59,195 bases of DNA. Source: Candidatus Moranbacteria bacterium GW2011_GWE2_36_40 (GTDB lineage: Bacteria; Patescibacteriota; Minisyncoccia; Moranbacterales; GWC2-37-73). Under the pieces are notes generated by a model that saw only the letters and a program-made list of their open reading frames with translations, was not told the origin of the DNA and did not search any database. The DNA lies in assembly GCA_000991645.1 (NCBI GenBank), contig LBRX01000003.1, positions 1 to 59,195 of the forward strand, in the 5' to 3' direction. The position numbers and the translations under genes are program-made. Positions 19,053-26,873 of this stretch are shown in pieces (positions within the stretch are counted from its first letter, which is position 1; every line of letters starts with the position of its first letter).

Positions 19053-20318
19053 TTATTTTGTAACCCTTTTAATATCAGCACCAAGCGCAGCTAGGCGTTC
19101 TTCAATCCTTTCATATCCTCGGTCAACTTGATAAATTTCATCAATCGTCGTGGTTCCCTTGGCGCAAAGTGCTGCAATAATAAGCGATGCTCCAGCGCGA
19201 AGGTCAAAACTTTTGATTGAACCACCTTTCAATTGAACGGGTCCGGTGATGACAGCTTGATGAGGATTCAGAATTTTAGAATGCGCTCCCATTTTTTCAA
19301 GCTCGCTTAGATAATTAAATCGTCCTTCAAAAATCGTGTCAAAAATCATCGTCTCACCCTCAGCTTGCGTAGCCAAAACTCCAAGCGGTTGCTGCACATC
19401 AGAAGGAACACCGGGATAGGTGCGCGTATCAATCTTTTCGATTGCAAACAATTTTTCTTGCGGAATAACAGTGATCGAATTTTCTTTAATTTCAAAATCT
19501 GCGCCAAATTGCCTGAGTCTCTCTAAAACTATGTCCAAATTTTCTTCGCGCGCATTATTAACCGTGATTGGGCTTTTTGTTGCCACACCCATAATCAAAA
19601 ATGTTGCGGCCTCATTGGCATCAGGAATTATTTCATGCTTGGCACCGGAAAGTTTTTCATTTCCAATAATTTCCAAAGTATGCGTTCCAAGACCTGTTAT
19701 CTTTGCACCCATAGAAATCAAGAACTTTCCCAAATCTTCCACATGTGGTTCAGCCGCTGCAATTTTGATAGTTGTCTTACCTGGCAACGCCGCAGCCAGC
19801 ATCATTGCATTTTCAGTTGCTGTAACTGAAAATTCTCGCAGCACAACTTTACCAGCCTTTCTTTTTGTCGCATCAACAATATAACAATTTTCATCTTGAA
19901 TAATATTTACTCCCATTTTTTCCAAGGCATCAAAATGCGTTCCAACAGGACGCTTGCCAATTGTGCAACCACCAGGATGAGCAATCTTGAATTTGTCAGC
20001 GCGCGCACTTAAACTGCCCAACAATAAAATTGAGGAGCGCAATTTTTTCACGGTATGCAAATCTATCTTTTCTGGATCGAGATCCTTAGCACAAATTTTC
20101 ACTGTTCGCTCCCCCTCCCAAACAACGGTCACGCCCATGCTTTCCAAAATTTCAATCATGCGATACACATCCTCAATAAGCGGTATATTAGAAATAACAC
20201 ATTCCTCTTTGGTCAAAAGTGTGGCAGCCAAAATAGGTGTAGTCGCATTTTTTGACCCCCTAACATCGATTGACCCTGAAAGTTTTTTACCACCAATAAT
20301 TTCAAAATATTCAGCCAT
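19053..20318 (-). CDS. murA: UDP-N-acetylglucosamine 1-carboxyvinyltransferase
   Basis: ..GSKNATTPILAATLL.., ..HPGGCTIGKRPV.. (active-site Cys loop), ..DRGYERIEERL... Confidence 0.95.
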   Translation of the reverse strand: MAEYFEIIGGKKLSGSIDVRGSKNATTPILAATLLTKEECVISNIPLIEDVYRMIEILESMGVTVVWEGERTVKICAKDLDPEKIDLHTVKKLRSSILLLGSLSARADKFKIAHPGGCTIGKRPVGTHFDALEKMGVNIIQDENCYIVDATKRKAGKVVLREFSVTATENAMMLAAALPGKTTIKIAAAEPHVEDLGKFLISMGAKITGLGTHTLEIIGNEKLSGAKHEIIPDANEAATFLIMGVATKSPITVNNAREENLDIVLERLRQFGADFEIKENSITVIPQEKLFAIEKIDTRTYPGVPSDVQQPLGVLATQAEGETMIFDTIFEGRFNYLSELEKMGAHSKILNPHQAVITGPVQLKGGSIKSFDLRAGASLIIAALCAKGTTTIDEIYQVDRGYERIEERLAALGADIKRVTK

Positions 20319-20364
20319 ATTTATCTAATTTAAGCCTAAATTAATTTATTTCCATCTATAGGCT

Positions 20365-20392
20365 AATTATACAGACTTACGACTTTTTTTCA
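20365..20392 (-). promoter_or_regulatory. candidate promoter for murA (TTGAAA-16-TATAAT)
   Basis: Minus strand reads ttgaaa aaaagtcgtaagtctg tataat. Confidence 0.45.
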
Positions 20393-20461
20393 AGACTCCC
20401 ACTACTCTTTGCTTTTTTGTTTATATTCCAAATATTCTTATTTCATAAAAAAATACTACCC

Positions 20462-21542
20462 TTATTGACGGTCGCAAATATGTGTAGCATCATGGTGGAT
20501 TATCTTTTCGATATCTTTTTTAATATTGTATCCATTACAATGCCTTAATATTCCCAAATATGACTGCAGACTACCATTAAATGTTTTTTCTGAGATAATT
20601 TTCTTTTGAAAATTATCCCTATTTTCTTTGATTTTTCGCAAAACTCTTTTTCTGGTTTTTGCACGAAAAATTCGATGATGAGGAAACGCAACATACCCAA
20701 GAAAATCTACACCTTGTCGATACTTTCTAATTATTATTTTATTCGGATGTAAAATTAATTTCAATCTATCTTCAAGAAAATTATCAACCAGCGCAACAAT
20801 TTCCTCGAGATGTTTCCTATTTTCACTTAAAAAAATAAAATCATCGCAATATCGCAAATAATATTTTTCCCTCAAAATATGTTTTGCGAACTGATCAAGC
20901 TCATTGAGATAAATATTAGCAAAAAGTTGACTAGTGACATTCCCAAGTGGCAGACCTTTTGAAAAACTTTTAATTATTTTTTCCAAAAGCAAAAAAGCAT
21001 CTTTGTTTTTTATTTTTCTTTTTATCATTTCCAATAAAACATCCTGGTCAATTGAATCAAAAAAATTTTCTAACATCGCATTTGAGTGCAAAAATATTTT
21101 TATGATTATTACTGCTAGCTTTTTGCAAAAATTCCTCCAACCGATTCACTGCGCGATGAGTTCCCTTTTCCAGCCTGCAAGAATATGAATCGAAAACAAA
21201 AGATTTATCAAAAATGGGATACAGAATTCGAAAAATTGCATGATGCAAAACGCGATCTCTAACTGTTGCTTTATGAATTAGTCTTAATTTTGGATCACAA
21301 ACGTTAAATGCGGTATACTGATCATGTTGGTATGATTTGTTTTTTAGTTCTTCATGCAAGGCAAAAAGATTATCTTCTAGATTAAATTCAAATTCCTGGA
21401 CATCTTGTTTAGTTCCTTTACTACGGCAAAATTCACGCCAAGCAAAAAACAAATTTTCGAGACTAATTATTTTTTCAAATAAATCATCATGGAAAACCTC
21501 ACAATTAAGACCACCCCCCCCCAGCACAGTCAATGATTTCAA
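20462..21542 (-). CDS. DGR-type reverse transcriptase, split into two ORFs by a frameshift at a T7 run
   Basis: Motifs are ..PLGNVTSQLFANIYLNELD.. (DGR hallmark [I/L]GxxxSQ) and ..YLRYCDDFIFL.. (YxDD). The ORFs 21057-21542 and 20462-21091 join as ..RKFF|DSIDQD.. if one T of the run at 21059-21065 is removed. Only a TTG/GTG start is available in the current frame. Confidence 0.85.
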
Positions 21543-21552
21543 AAATGTTCCC

Positions 21553-21915
21553 TTGGTGCATAAGATTTGTGAATTTTATAAATCTATTTATTTGCTTTCC
21601 CCCAAACTTTCCAAGCGCGACCGATTTGGAATATATGTAAAAATTGAAAATTCTTGTTTGGAAATAATGGATCTTATTATCGAAGCTGCATTAGTATCAA
21701 AACCAAGCAAACTACAGCTAATCCTTGTGGCTCGTGTGAAAATAGAAAAATTGAAACGCTTTTTTCGTATGATGTATGAGCTTAATATCATTGAATACAA
21801 AAAATATATTTTGTTTCAAACTTCACTTCAAGAAATTTCAAAAGACACTAACAATTGGATTTCATATTTGAAAAATACAAGAGCTACAACAAGTGAAAAT
21901 CCTACCCAGGAGTGA
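21553..21915 (+). CDS. avd: Avd-like four-helix-bundle accessory protein (TTG/GTG start), divergent from the RT
   Basis: ..ICEFYKSIYLLSPKLSKRDRFGIYVKIENSCLEIMDLIIEA..KIEKLKRFFRMMYELNII.. resembles the four-helix-bundle / 23S-IVS protein family used as DGR Avd. Paralogous to 34708-35061. Confidence 0.7.
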   Translation: MVHKICEFYKSIYLLSPKLSKRDRFGIYVKIENSCLEIMDLIIEAALVSKPSKLQLILVARVKIEKLKRFFRMMYELNIIEYKKYILFQTSLQEISKDTNNWISYLKNTRATTSENPTQE

Positions 21916-21950
21916 GCAGGATTTTTCACTGTCTATCAATAGGCAGTTTT

Positions 21951-22079
21951 GAAACTTCTTCGCGGGAACGCAGGCCGTCGCTGGCGTCGTCGGAATGGTA
22001 CCAATTGACGTTCATCTTGTCGTCATTGAAATTCACGTTCGGAACGTTGCCATCGGAGTTGCGAGAGCCAGCATTTTGT
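21951..22079 (-). repeat. DGR1 template repeat (TR1)
   Basis: Aligns base for base with 22467-22595. The 123-nt core has 17 mismatches, all at plus-strand T (adenine on the coding/minus strand) in this copy. Extending by 6 nt adds 4 more of the same kind. TR codons at the variable sites are mostly AAC/AAT. Confidence 0.9.
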
Positions 22080-22284
22080 CTGATTCTTTCCGTATCACCG
22101 ACAATTTTTTACAAAATTATCTGAGTTTTTCTGACTCACAGTCAGATTTTTTTATGAAGCATTGTTTTTCAACAAATCTTCGTTAAAATCAGACAAGCAG
22201 TTTCAAAAAACTACTTGGCAAATCGCTACCCAATTTTATTTTATAAAAAATATAATCAGACCGATTGTATTAGCCAATTTGTAT

Positions 22285-22318
22285 TATACACTTTCCGTCG
22301 ACCGACAGAAAGTGTATA
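22285..22318. repeat. 34-bp palindrome shared by both DGR loci
   Basis: tatacactttccgtcgaccgacagaaagtgtata. Differs at 2 positions from the perfect copy at 33633-33666. Confidence 0.85.
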
Positions 22319-22399
22319 AGTTTTAATCAGCCATATAAAAAACAAAAAAATACCAGTAATCAAAACCACCAGCTAAAGCTGGTGGATTATTTATGTATA

Positions 22400-22435
22400 A
22401 AAAGAGCGTCGCTTCGGAGTACCGAAAGCGACGCA
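22400..22435 (-). terminator. GC-rich hairpin/terminator just downstream of VR1
   Basis: gcgtcgcttcgg agta ccgaaagcgacgc, followed on the minus strand by tcttttt. A second 8-bp stem with a 4-nt loop, ccaccagc taaa gctggtgg, lies at 22366-22385. Confidence 0.65.
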
Positions 22436-22462
22436 TAGGATAAAAGTAAAATAGGAAAAAGG

Positions 22463-23203
22463 TTAAGAAACTACTTCGCGGGAACGCAGGCCGCCGCTGG
22501 CGCCGTCGGAACGGTACCAATCGACGTCCATCCTGTCGCCATCGAAAACCACGCGCGGAACGAGGCCATCGGAGCGGCGAGAGCCAGCACAAAGTGTGAC
22601 ATTTTTGATGTCGAGATGATTGCCTGTTTCATTAAAAAACTTTAGTTCATGAATCAAGCGCTCAGCCAACGTCTCAGTCTTTACGCCTTTTTCTTGGATA
22701 TCATCAGCAGAAAGATTTTTCAAATTTTCATCTGCCTCCTGAACATCCTTGACCCAAATAGCACGCACGCCATCTTTTGCGTTGCGCTCATTCCAGGTAA
22801 CTTTCTTGTCTAGATCATCATTTGTCCAACGCCAGCATGGAAACAACTCTTTGCATTTTGCGTAAAGCTGCTCAAGTGAAAGATCTTCAATGATAAGCAG
22901 CCGCCACTCACCCTCAGGTTTTTCCGGGATTCTAACATTTGAATAGTCACAAAAACCACCAAATGTTTTCCGATAAAAATCCTGCCAGTCAATAATAATA
23001 TCTAACTGAACATCTGCGAATTGTGTCTTCGCAAATGGATTGCGATGTTCCACCAGTGCCTGCAAATGATCCAGCGTCAGACCTTTGCCAGGATTTTTCA
23101 TCCCCAATAAAAGCTGTCTCCAAATTTCTGCTGAAATCTTTGCAAACTTTTCAAACCAGCTCGGCATCAGATCCGAACTTCCAACCATTTTTACTTTTTT
23201 CAT
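22463..23203 (-). CDS. DGR1 variable target protein (246 aa, no signal peptide)
   Basis: The C-terminal 43 codons are VR1 (..LCAGSRRSDGLVPRVVFDGDRMDVDWYRSDGASGGLRSREVVS*). The N-terminal domain carries no motif I recognise. Confidence 0.85.
   Translation of the reverse strand: MKKVKMVGSSDLMPSWFEKFAKISAEIWRQLLLGMKNPGKGLTLDHLQALVEHRNPFAKTQFADVQLDIIIDWQDFYRKTFGGFCDYSNVRIPEKPEGEWRLLIIEDLSLEQLYAKCKELFPCWRWTNDDLDKKVTWNERNAKDGVRAIWVKDVQEADENLKNLSADDIQEKGVKTETLAERLIHELKFFNETGNHLDIKNVTLCAGSRRSDGLVPRVVFDGDRMDVDWYRSDGASGGLRSREVVS
22467..22595 (-). repeat. DGR1 variable repeat (VR1)
   Basis: 3' end of the target ORF, adjacent to the TAA stop at 22463-22465. See TR1 for the alignment. Confidence 0.9.
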
Positions 23204-23277
23204 GGCTAGTTCCTTTCCTTTTTTTGAATTTTTAAAGAGCCTATTCTCTTTAAATTACCATTAAATGGTAACAGTAC

Positions 23278-23306
23278 AGTCTAGCACAAAAAATAGCATG
23301 TGTCAA
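23278..23306 (-). promoter_or_regulatory. sigma70-type promoter of the DGR1 target (TTGACA-17-TAGACT)
   Basis: Minus strand reads ttgaca catgctattttttgtgc tagact. A perfect palindrome, ttaccatt t aatggtaa, lies just downstream in the 5' UTR. Confidence 0.6.
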
Positions 23307-23388
23307 ATACATGCACAATACATGGGCTGTTTTTTACTTTAAACAAGCCTTTTTACAAAAAATGCTTCCCTTAAAAAATCAAGGTTCA

Positions 23389-23433
23389 GCATTTTGTTCG
23401 TAGATTCAAACATGTTTCGTAGTTTCGTATCGG
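23389..23433. repeat. partial copy of the ~95-bp ACGAAA palindromic element
   Basis: gcattttgttcgtagattcaaacatgtttcgtagtttcgtatcgg matches the right half of 28511-28604. Confidence 0.7.
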
Positions 23434-23434
23434 A

Positions 23435-24838
23435 TTACTTCAATTTTTTCACAGCATCCCGAAATTTATCCCCTCTATCAAATTCATTTGCAAAAAGTCC
23501 AAAACTAGCAGCTCCTGGTGAAAGCAAAACGACATCACCTTGTTCAGCTTTTTTTTGAGCCAATGCAGTTGCCTCTTCCATTGAACCAACAGTTTCAATG
23601 TTGCGCAAAAATTCTTCACTAGCAATTTTTCCAAGTTTTGCAAGAAGCTTTTCTGTCGCATTACCTTTTAATAAAATAGTATTTTTTGTTTTTTCAAAAA
23701 TTTCTTTTGCAAAATCAGTAAAATCCAAATTTTTATCAGTCCCACCCGCAATCAAAATGATTGGCTTTTCAAAAGCATTGAGGCCGGAAATAGCTGCGTC
23801 AGGAATTGTGGCCGCTGTATCGTTATAATATTTCACACCTCCAAGCTCACGCACAAATTCCAAGCGATGTGAGACACCCTTCAATTGCGGCAAAGCCTTC
23901 TTAATTTCTGCTGCACTAACACCAAAGGCATACACTGCTCCAATTGCAGCCATTACATTGGAAAGATTGTGTCTTCCAGGAATAAGAATGTCCTTGATTG
24001 AAACTATTTTTTTTACATCAATTCCATTATTAAGATATATAGCGTCATCCTCGATAAAAACAGCTCTACTACGTTTAAGTGGCTCATATGAAAAGCGCAC
24101 AACTTGAGCAGGAACTTCCTTGGTTGCCTCCTTAAGAAGTTCGTCATCATTATTCATAATCAACCAATCTTTGGGTTTTTGATTTGTGAAAATATATTTT
24201 TTATCCTGAAAATATTTTTCCATCGTGCCATAATAATTCAAATGGTCAGGCATAATATTTTTAAACACGGCTATGTGCGGACTAAGCTTTGCTCGTCCCA
24301 AAGCAGAAAGCCGCCAAGAAGAAAGCTCGAACACCACAATTGAATCTTTTTTTAACAGCAATAACTTATCCAACACAGAAACTTGCCCAATACCTATCTT
24401 TATTGGATTTTTTCCAACTGTTTTTAAAATTTCATAAATAAGAGTAGCTGTAGTAGTTTTTCCTTTAGTTCCAGTTACTCCAATTATTTTATTTTTACAA
24501 AGCTTAAAAAAAAGACTTGAATCCATTTCCACCGGAACTTTGCTTTCAAGAGCAAATTTAATATGTTTATCAGACCAAGAGGCTGCTGGATTTTTAATGA
24601 CCATATCAACCTTTGAAAAATCTTCCATTCGATGATGACCAAGCACATATTCAACATTCTTAAGCCCTTTTAATTTTTCCAGCGCTACGCTTAATTGCTC
24701 CTTTGTTCGCAGGTCAGTTGCAATAACCTTAGCTCCTTGCGCCACCAAAAACTTCACAGTGCCAACTCCGCCACCATGAAGACCAATACCCATGACTGTT
24801 ATTTTTTTGTTCTTGAAATAACTATCAACTATCAACAT
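23435..24838 (-). CDS. murD: UDP-N-acetylmuramoylalanine--D-glutamate ligase
   Basis: ..VMGIGLHGGGVG.. N-terminal Rossmann domain, ..GVTGTKGKTTT.. Mur ligase P-loop, ..LLSPGAASFGLF... Confidence 0.93.
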   Translation of the reverse strand: MLIVDSYFKNKKITVMGIGLHGGGVGTVKFLVAQGAKVIATDLRTKEQLSVALEKLKGLKNVEYVLGHHRMEDFSKVDMVIKNPAASWSDKHIKFALESKVPVEMDSSLFFKLCKNKIIGVTGTKGKTTTATLIYEILKTVGKNPIKIGIGQVSVLDKLLLLKKDSIVVFELSSWRLSALGRAKLSPHIAVFKNIMPDHLNYYGTMEKYFQDKKYIFTNQKPKDWLIMNNDDELLKEATKEVPAQVVRFSYEPLKRSRAVFIEDDAIYLNNGIDVKKIVSIKDILIPGRHNLSNVMAAIGAVYAFGVSAAEIKKALPQLKGVSHRLEFVRELGGVKYYNDTAATIPDAAISGLNAFEKPIILIAGGTDKNLDFTDFAKEIFEKTKNTILLKGNATEKLLAKLGKIASEEFLRNIETVGSMEEATALAQKKAEQGDVVLLSPGAASFGLFANEFDRGDKFRDAVKKLK

Positions 24839-24860
24839 ATAACTATCAACATTAAATCAA

Positions 24861-25220
24861 TTATTTTTTCAATTTCTTTTTAAATCCTCCGAGTTGTTTA
24901 GATATAACTTCACATAATGAATAAATTTCTTGATATTTCTCACTACTTAAAAGCCCTGTGATTCTTAACGTATCTACGCCCGCTAATACCTCATACAGAG
25001 AACCAAGTGAGATATCAAGAAAACGATTAAAATCCTTGTCAGATTCTTTTCCTCCACCTTCTGCGATATTCAATATAACTGAAAGCGCAGCTCTCATCAA
25101 TTGCGCACCTATTTCGAACCTATATTCTCTAGGGAGTATATGCACTATTTCAAAAATTATCAAGTATAATTTTTGTGAATCCTTATATACAGTCCACTCT
25201 AAAAATCTAAACTTATTCAC
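24861..25220 (-). CDS. orphan four-helix-bundle (Avd/23S-IVS-like) protein
   Basis: ..LPREYRFEIGAQLMRAALSVILNIAEGGGKESDKDFNRFLDISLGSLYEV.. is the classic four-helix-bundle family signature (..NIAEG..). Flanked by ACTATCA-type (24815-24850) and GTTGTTA-type (25225-25275) arrays. Confidence 0.8.
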   Translation of the reverse strand: MNKFRFLEWTVYKDSQKLYLIIFEIVHILPREYRFEIGAQLMRAALSVILNIAEGGGKESDKDFNRFLDISLGSLYEVLAGVDTLRITGLLSSEKYQEIYSLCEVISKQLGGFKKKLKK

Positions 25221-25279
25221 ATTTATTATTGTTTGTTTGTTGTTAGTTGTTAGTTGTTAATTGTTAGTTGTTGGTTAAT

Positions 25280-26872
25280 CTAGAATTCAAAAAGTGATGA
25301 TTTACGACGAATAACCTCGCCGGCACGTGCCTGAGTTATCAATCCCTTTTTTACAGCCAATTGACCATTAACAATAACCCATTCCACTCCATGTGCATAT
25401 TGATAAGGATTTTCAACTGTAGCTTCATCGCGAACATTTAACGGATCCAACACAAGCACATCTGCATAATTACCTTTTTCAATGATACCACGATTAGGTA
25501 TTTTAAATTTTTTAGCTGGCAAACCACTCATCTTATAAATCGCCTCTTCCCATCCAACGACACCACGCTCTTTCACATATGTTGAAAGAACCCTAGGAAA
25601 AGATCCGAAATTTCTTGGATGGACAACTTCTCCAGTCTCTCGATGTTGCGTGTTGTAACCCGAACCATTTGAAGATATTATTGAAAATGGATTAATAACA
25701 CCCTTATCTACATTTTTTTCACTAAGCACTTCCATCATCGTAACTACGCGTCCATCACTAGCAATAAGAACATCAATAATGGCATCTTCAACGCTTTTAT
25801 TTTGCAATTGAGCAATTTCTGTAATTTTTTTATGATTTAATGTTTTGTCCAAGGAAGAAATTGATATTGTTATTTTTGAATAATCATGCTCACTTGTCTT
25901 CATTTCTTTAATTATTTTTTTTCTAGTTTCTTGATCCTTCAATCTTGAAAGCATCATGTTGCGACCTCCCTCAGTAACCCAATCTGGAAGCAAGATATAC
26001 AAAACACTTCCGGTTGATGTATACGGATAAATATCAAAATGTACATCCACTCCACTCGTGCGGGCAGTTTCAATCAAATTCAATGCCTCTTCCATAAAAG
26101 GCCAATTCTTTTTGCCCATAGCTTTCAAGTGAGAAATCTGCAATCTAACACCAGTTATTTGAGCAATTCTTATTGCTTCTTCAACTGCTCGTATTAAATC
26201 ATGAGACTCCCCTCTGATATGTGTTGTATACACCCCATCATATTTTTTTACAATCTCAGCCAATTCTGCAATTTCACGTGATGACGCTAATTTGGCATGA
26301 GTATAAACCAAGCCAGTTGAGAAACCCAGAGCACCTTCTTTCATTGCCTTGGCTAGCATTTTTTTCATTACCTTCATTTCATCTGGACTAATATCACGAA
26401 CCTCATCACCAACCAATCCTCGACGCAATGTTCCGTGACCTATTAGCGTGGCAAAATTTAGGGCAATTTTTTTCTTTTCAACCTCAGCCAAAAATTCTTT
26501 CATACTCAACCAATTAAAGCTGACACTTCTCATGTCAGTCCATTTTTGAATAGATTTCATCACTTCATGATTTGTTAATGGCGCAAGCGATGTTCCACAA
26601 TTTCCACCAATAATGGTTGTCACTCCTTGATACACAAGACTCTCCAAAGCAGGATCCAAAAAAAGACGCCAATAAGTATCAGAATGATTATTTACATCTA
26701 TAAATCCCGGTGTGACATATTTTCCAGTAGCATCAATTTCCATTTCAGCACTCTCGTTATGCAAGTTTCCAATCTGAATAATTTTTCCATCACTTATCCC
26801 AACATCACCTCTAAACATTGGTTGACCACTTCCATCAATAATTGTTCCATTTTTTATGAGAATTTCAAACAT
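25280..26872 (-). CDS. D-aminoacylase-like amidohydrolase
   Basis: ..IKNGTIIDGSGQP..GDVGISDGKI..IDATGKYVTPGFIDVNNHSD.. metal-dependent amidohydrolase N-terminus. Confidence 0.75.
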   Translation of the reverse strand: MFEILIKNGTIIDGSGQPMFRGDVGISDGKIIQIGNLHNESAEMEIDATGKYVTPGFIDVNNHSDTYWRLFLDPALESLVYQGVTTIIGGNCGTSLAPLTNHEVMKSIQKWTDMRSVSFNWLSMKEFLAEVEKKKIALNFATLIGHGTLRRGLVGDEVRDISPDEMKVMKKMLAKAMKEGALGFSTGLVYTHAKLASSREIAELAEIVKKYDGVYTTHIRGESHDLIRAVEEAIRIAQITGVRLQISHLKAMGKKNWPFMEEALNLIETARTSGVDVHFDIYPYTSTGSVLYILLPDWVTEGGRNMMLSRLKDQETRKKIIKEMKTSEHDYSKITISISSLDKTLNHKKITEIAQLQNKSVEDAIIDVLIASDGRVVTMMEVLSEKNVDKGVINPFSIISSNGSGYNTQHRETGEVVHPRNFGSFPRVLSTYVKERGVVGWEEAIYKMSGLPAKKFKIPNRGIIEKGNYADVLVLDPLNVRDEATVENPYQYAHGVEWVIVNGQLAVKKGLITQARAGEVIRRKSSLFEF

Positions 26873-26873
26873 A

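Larger units (their letters stand above)
20462..23306 (-). mobile_element. diversity-generating retroelement cassette 1
   Basis: Order is target/VR, hairpins, TR, inverted avd, RT. RT, avd, the TR/VR pair with adenine-specific mismatches, and the target gene with its own promoter are all contiguous between murA and murD. Confidence 0.85.

Noticed and set aside
20462-21542. The reverse transcriptases (also 33632-34701) as group II intron maturases or retron RTs.
   Set aside because: There are no ribozyme-like flanks, no maturase or endonuclease domains, and no msr/msd-type inverted repeats. Each RT instead has the [I/L]GxxxSQ motif, an adjacent Avd-like gene, and a TR/VR pair with adenine-specific mismatches, which identifies a DGR.
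21912-22592. Track ORFs 21912-22124(+), 21995-22186(+) and 22323-22592(-). The analogous ORFs at the second locus are 35067-35321(-), 35402-35725(+) and 35410-35775(-).
   Set aside because: They are alternative-frame or antisense readings of the TR and VR repeats and the spacer. They lack an SD or start context and overlap the supported target ORFs.
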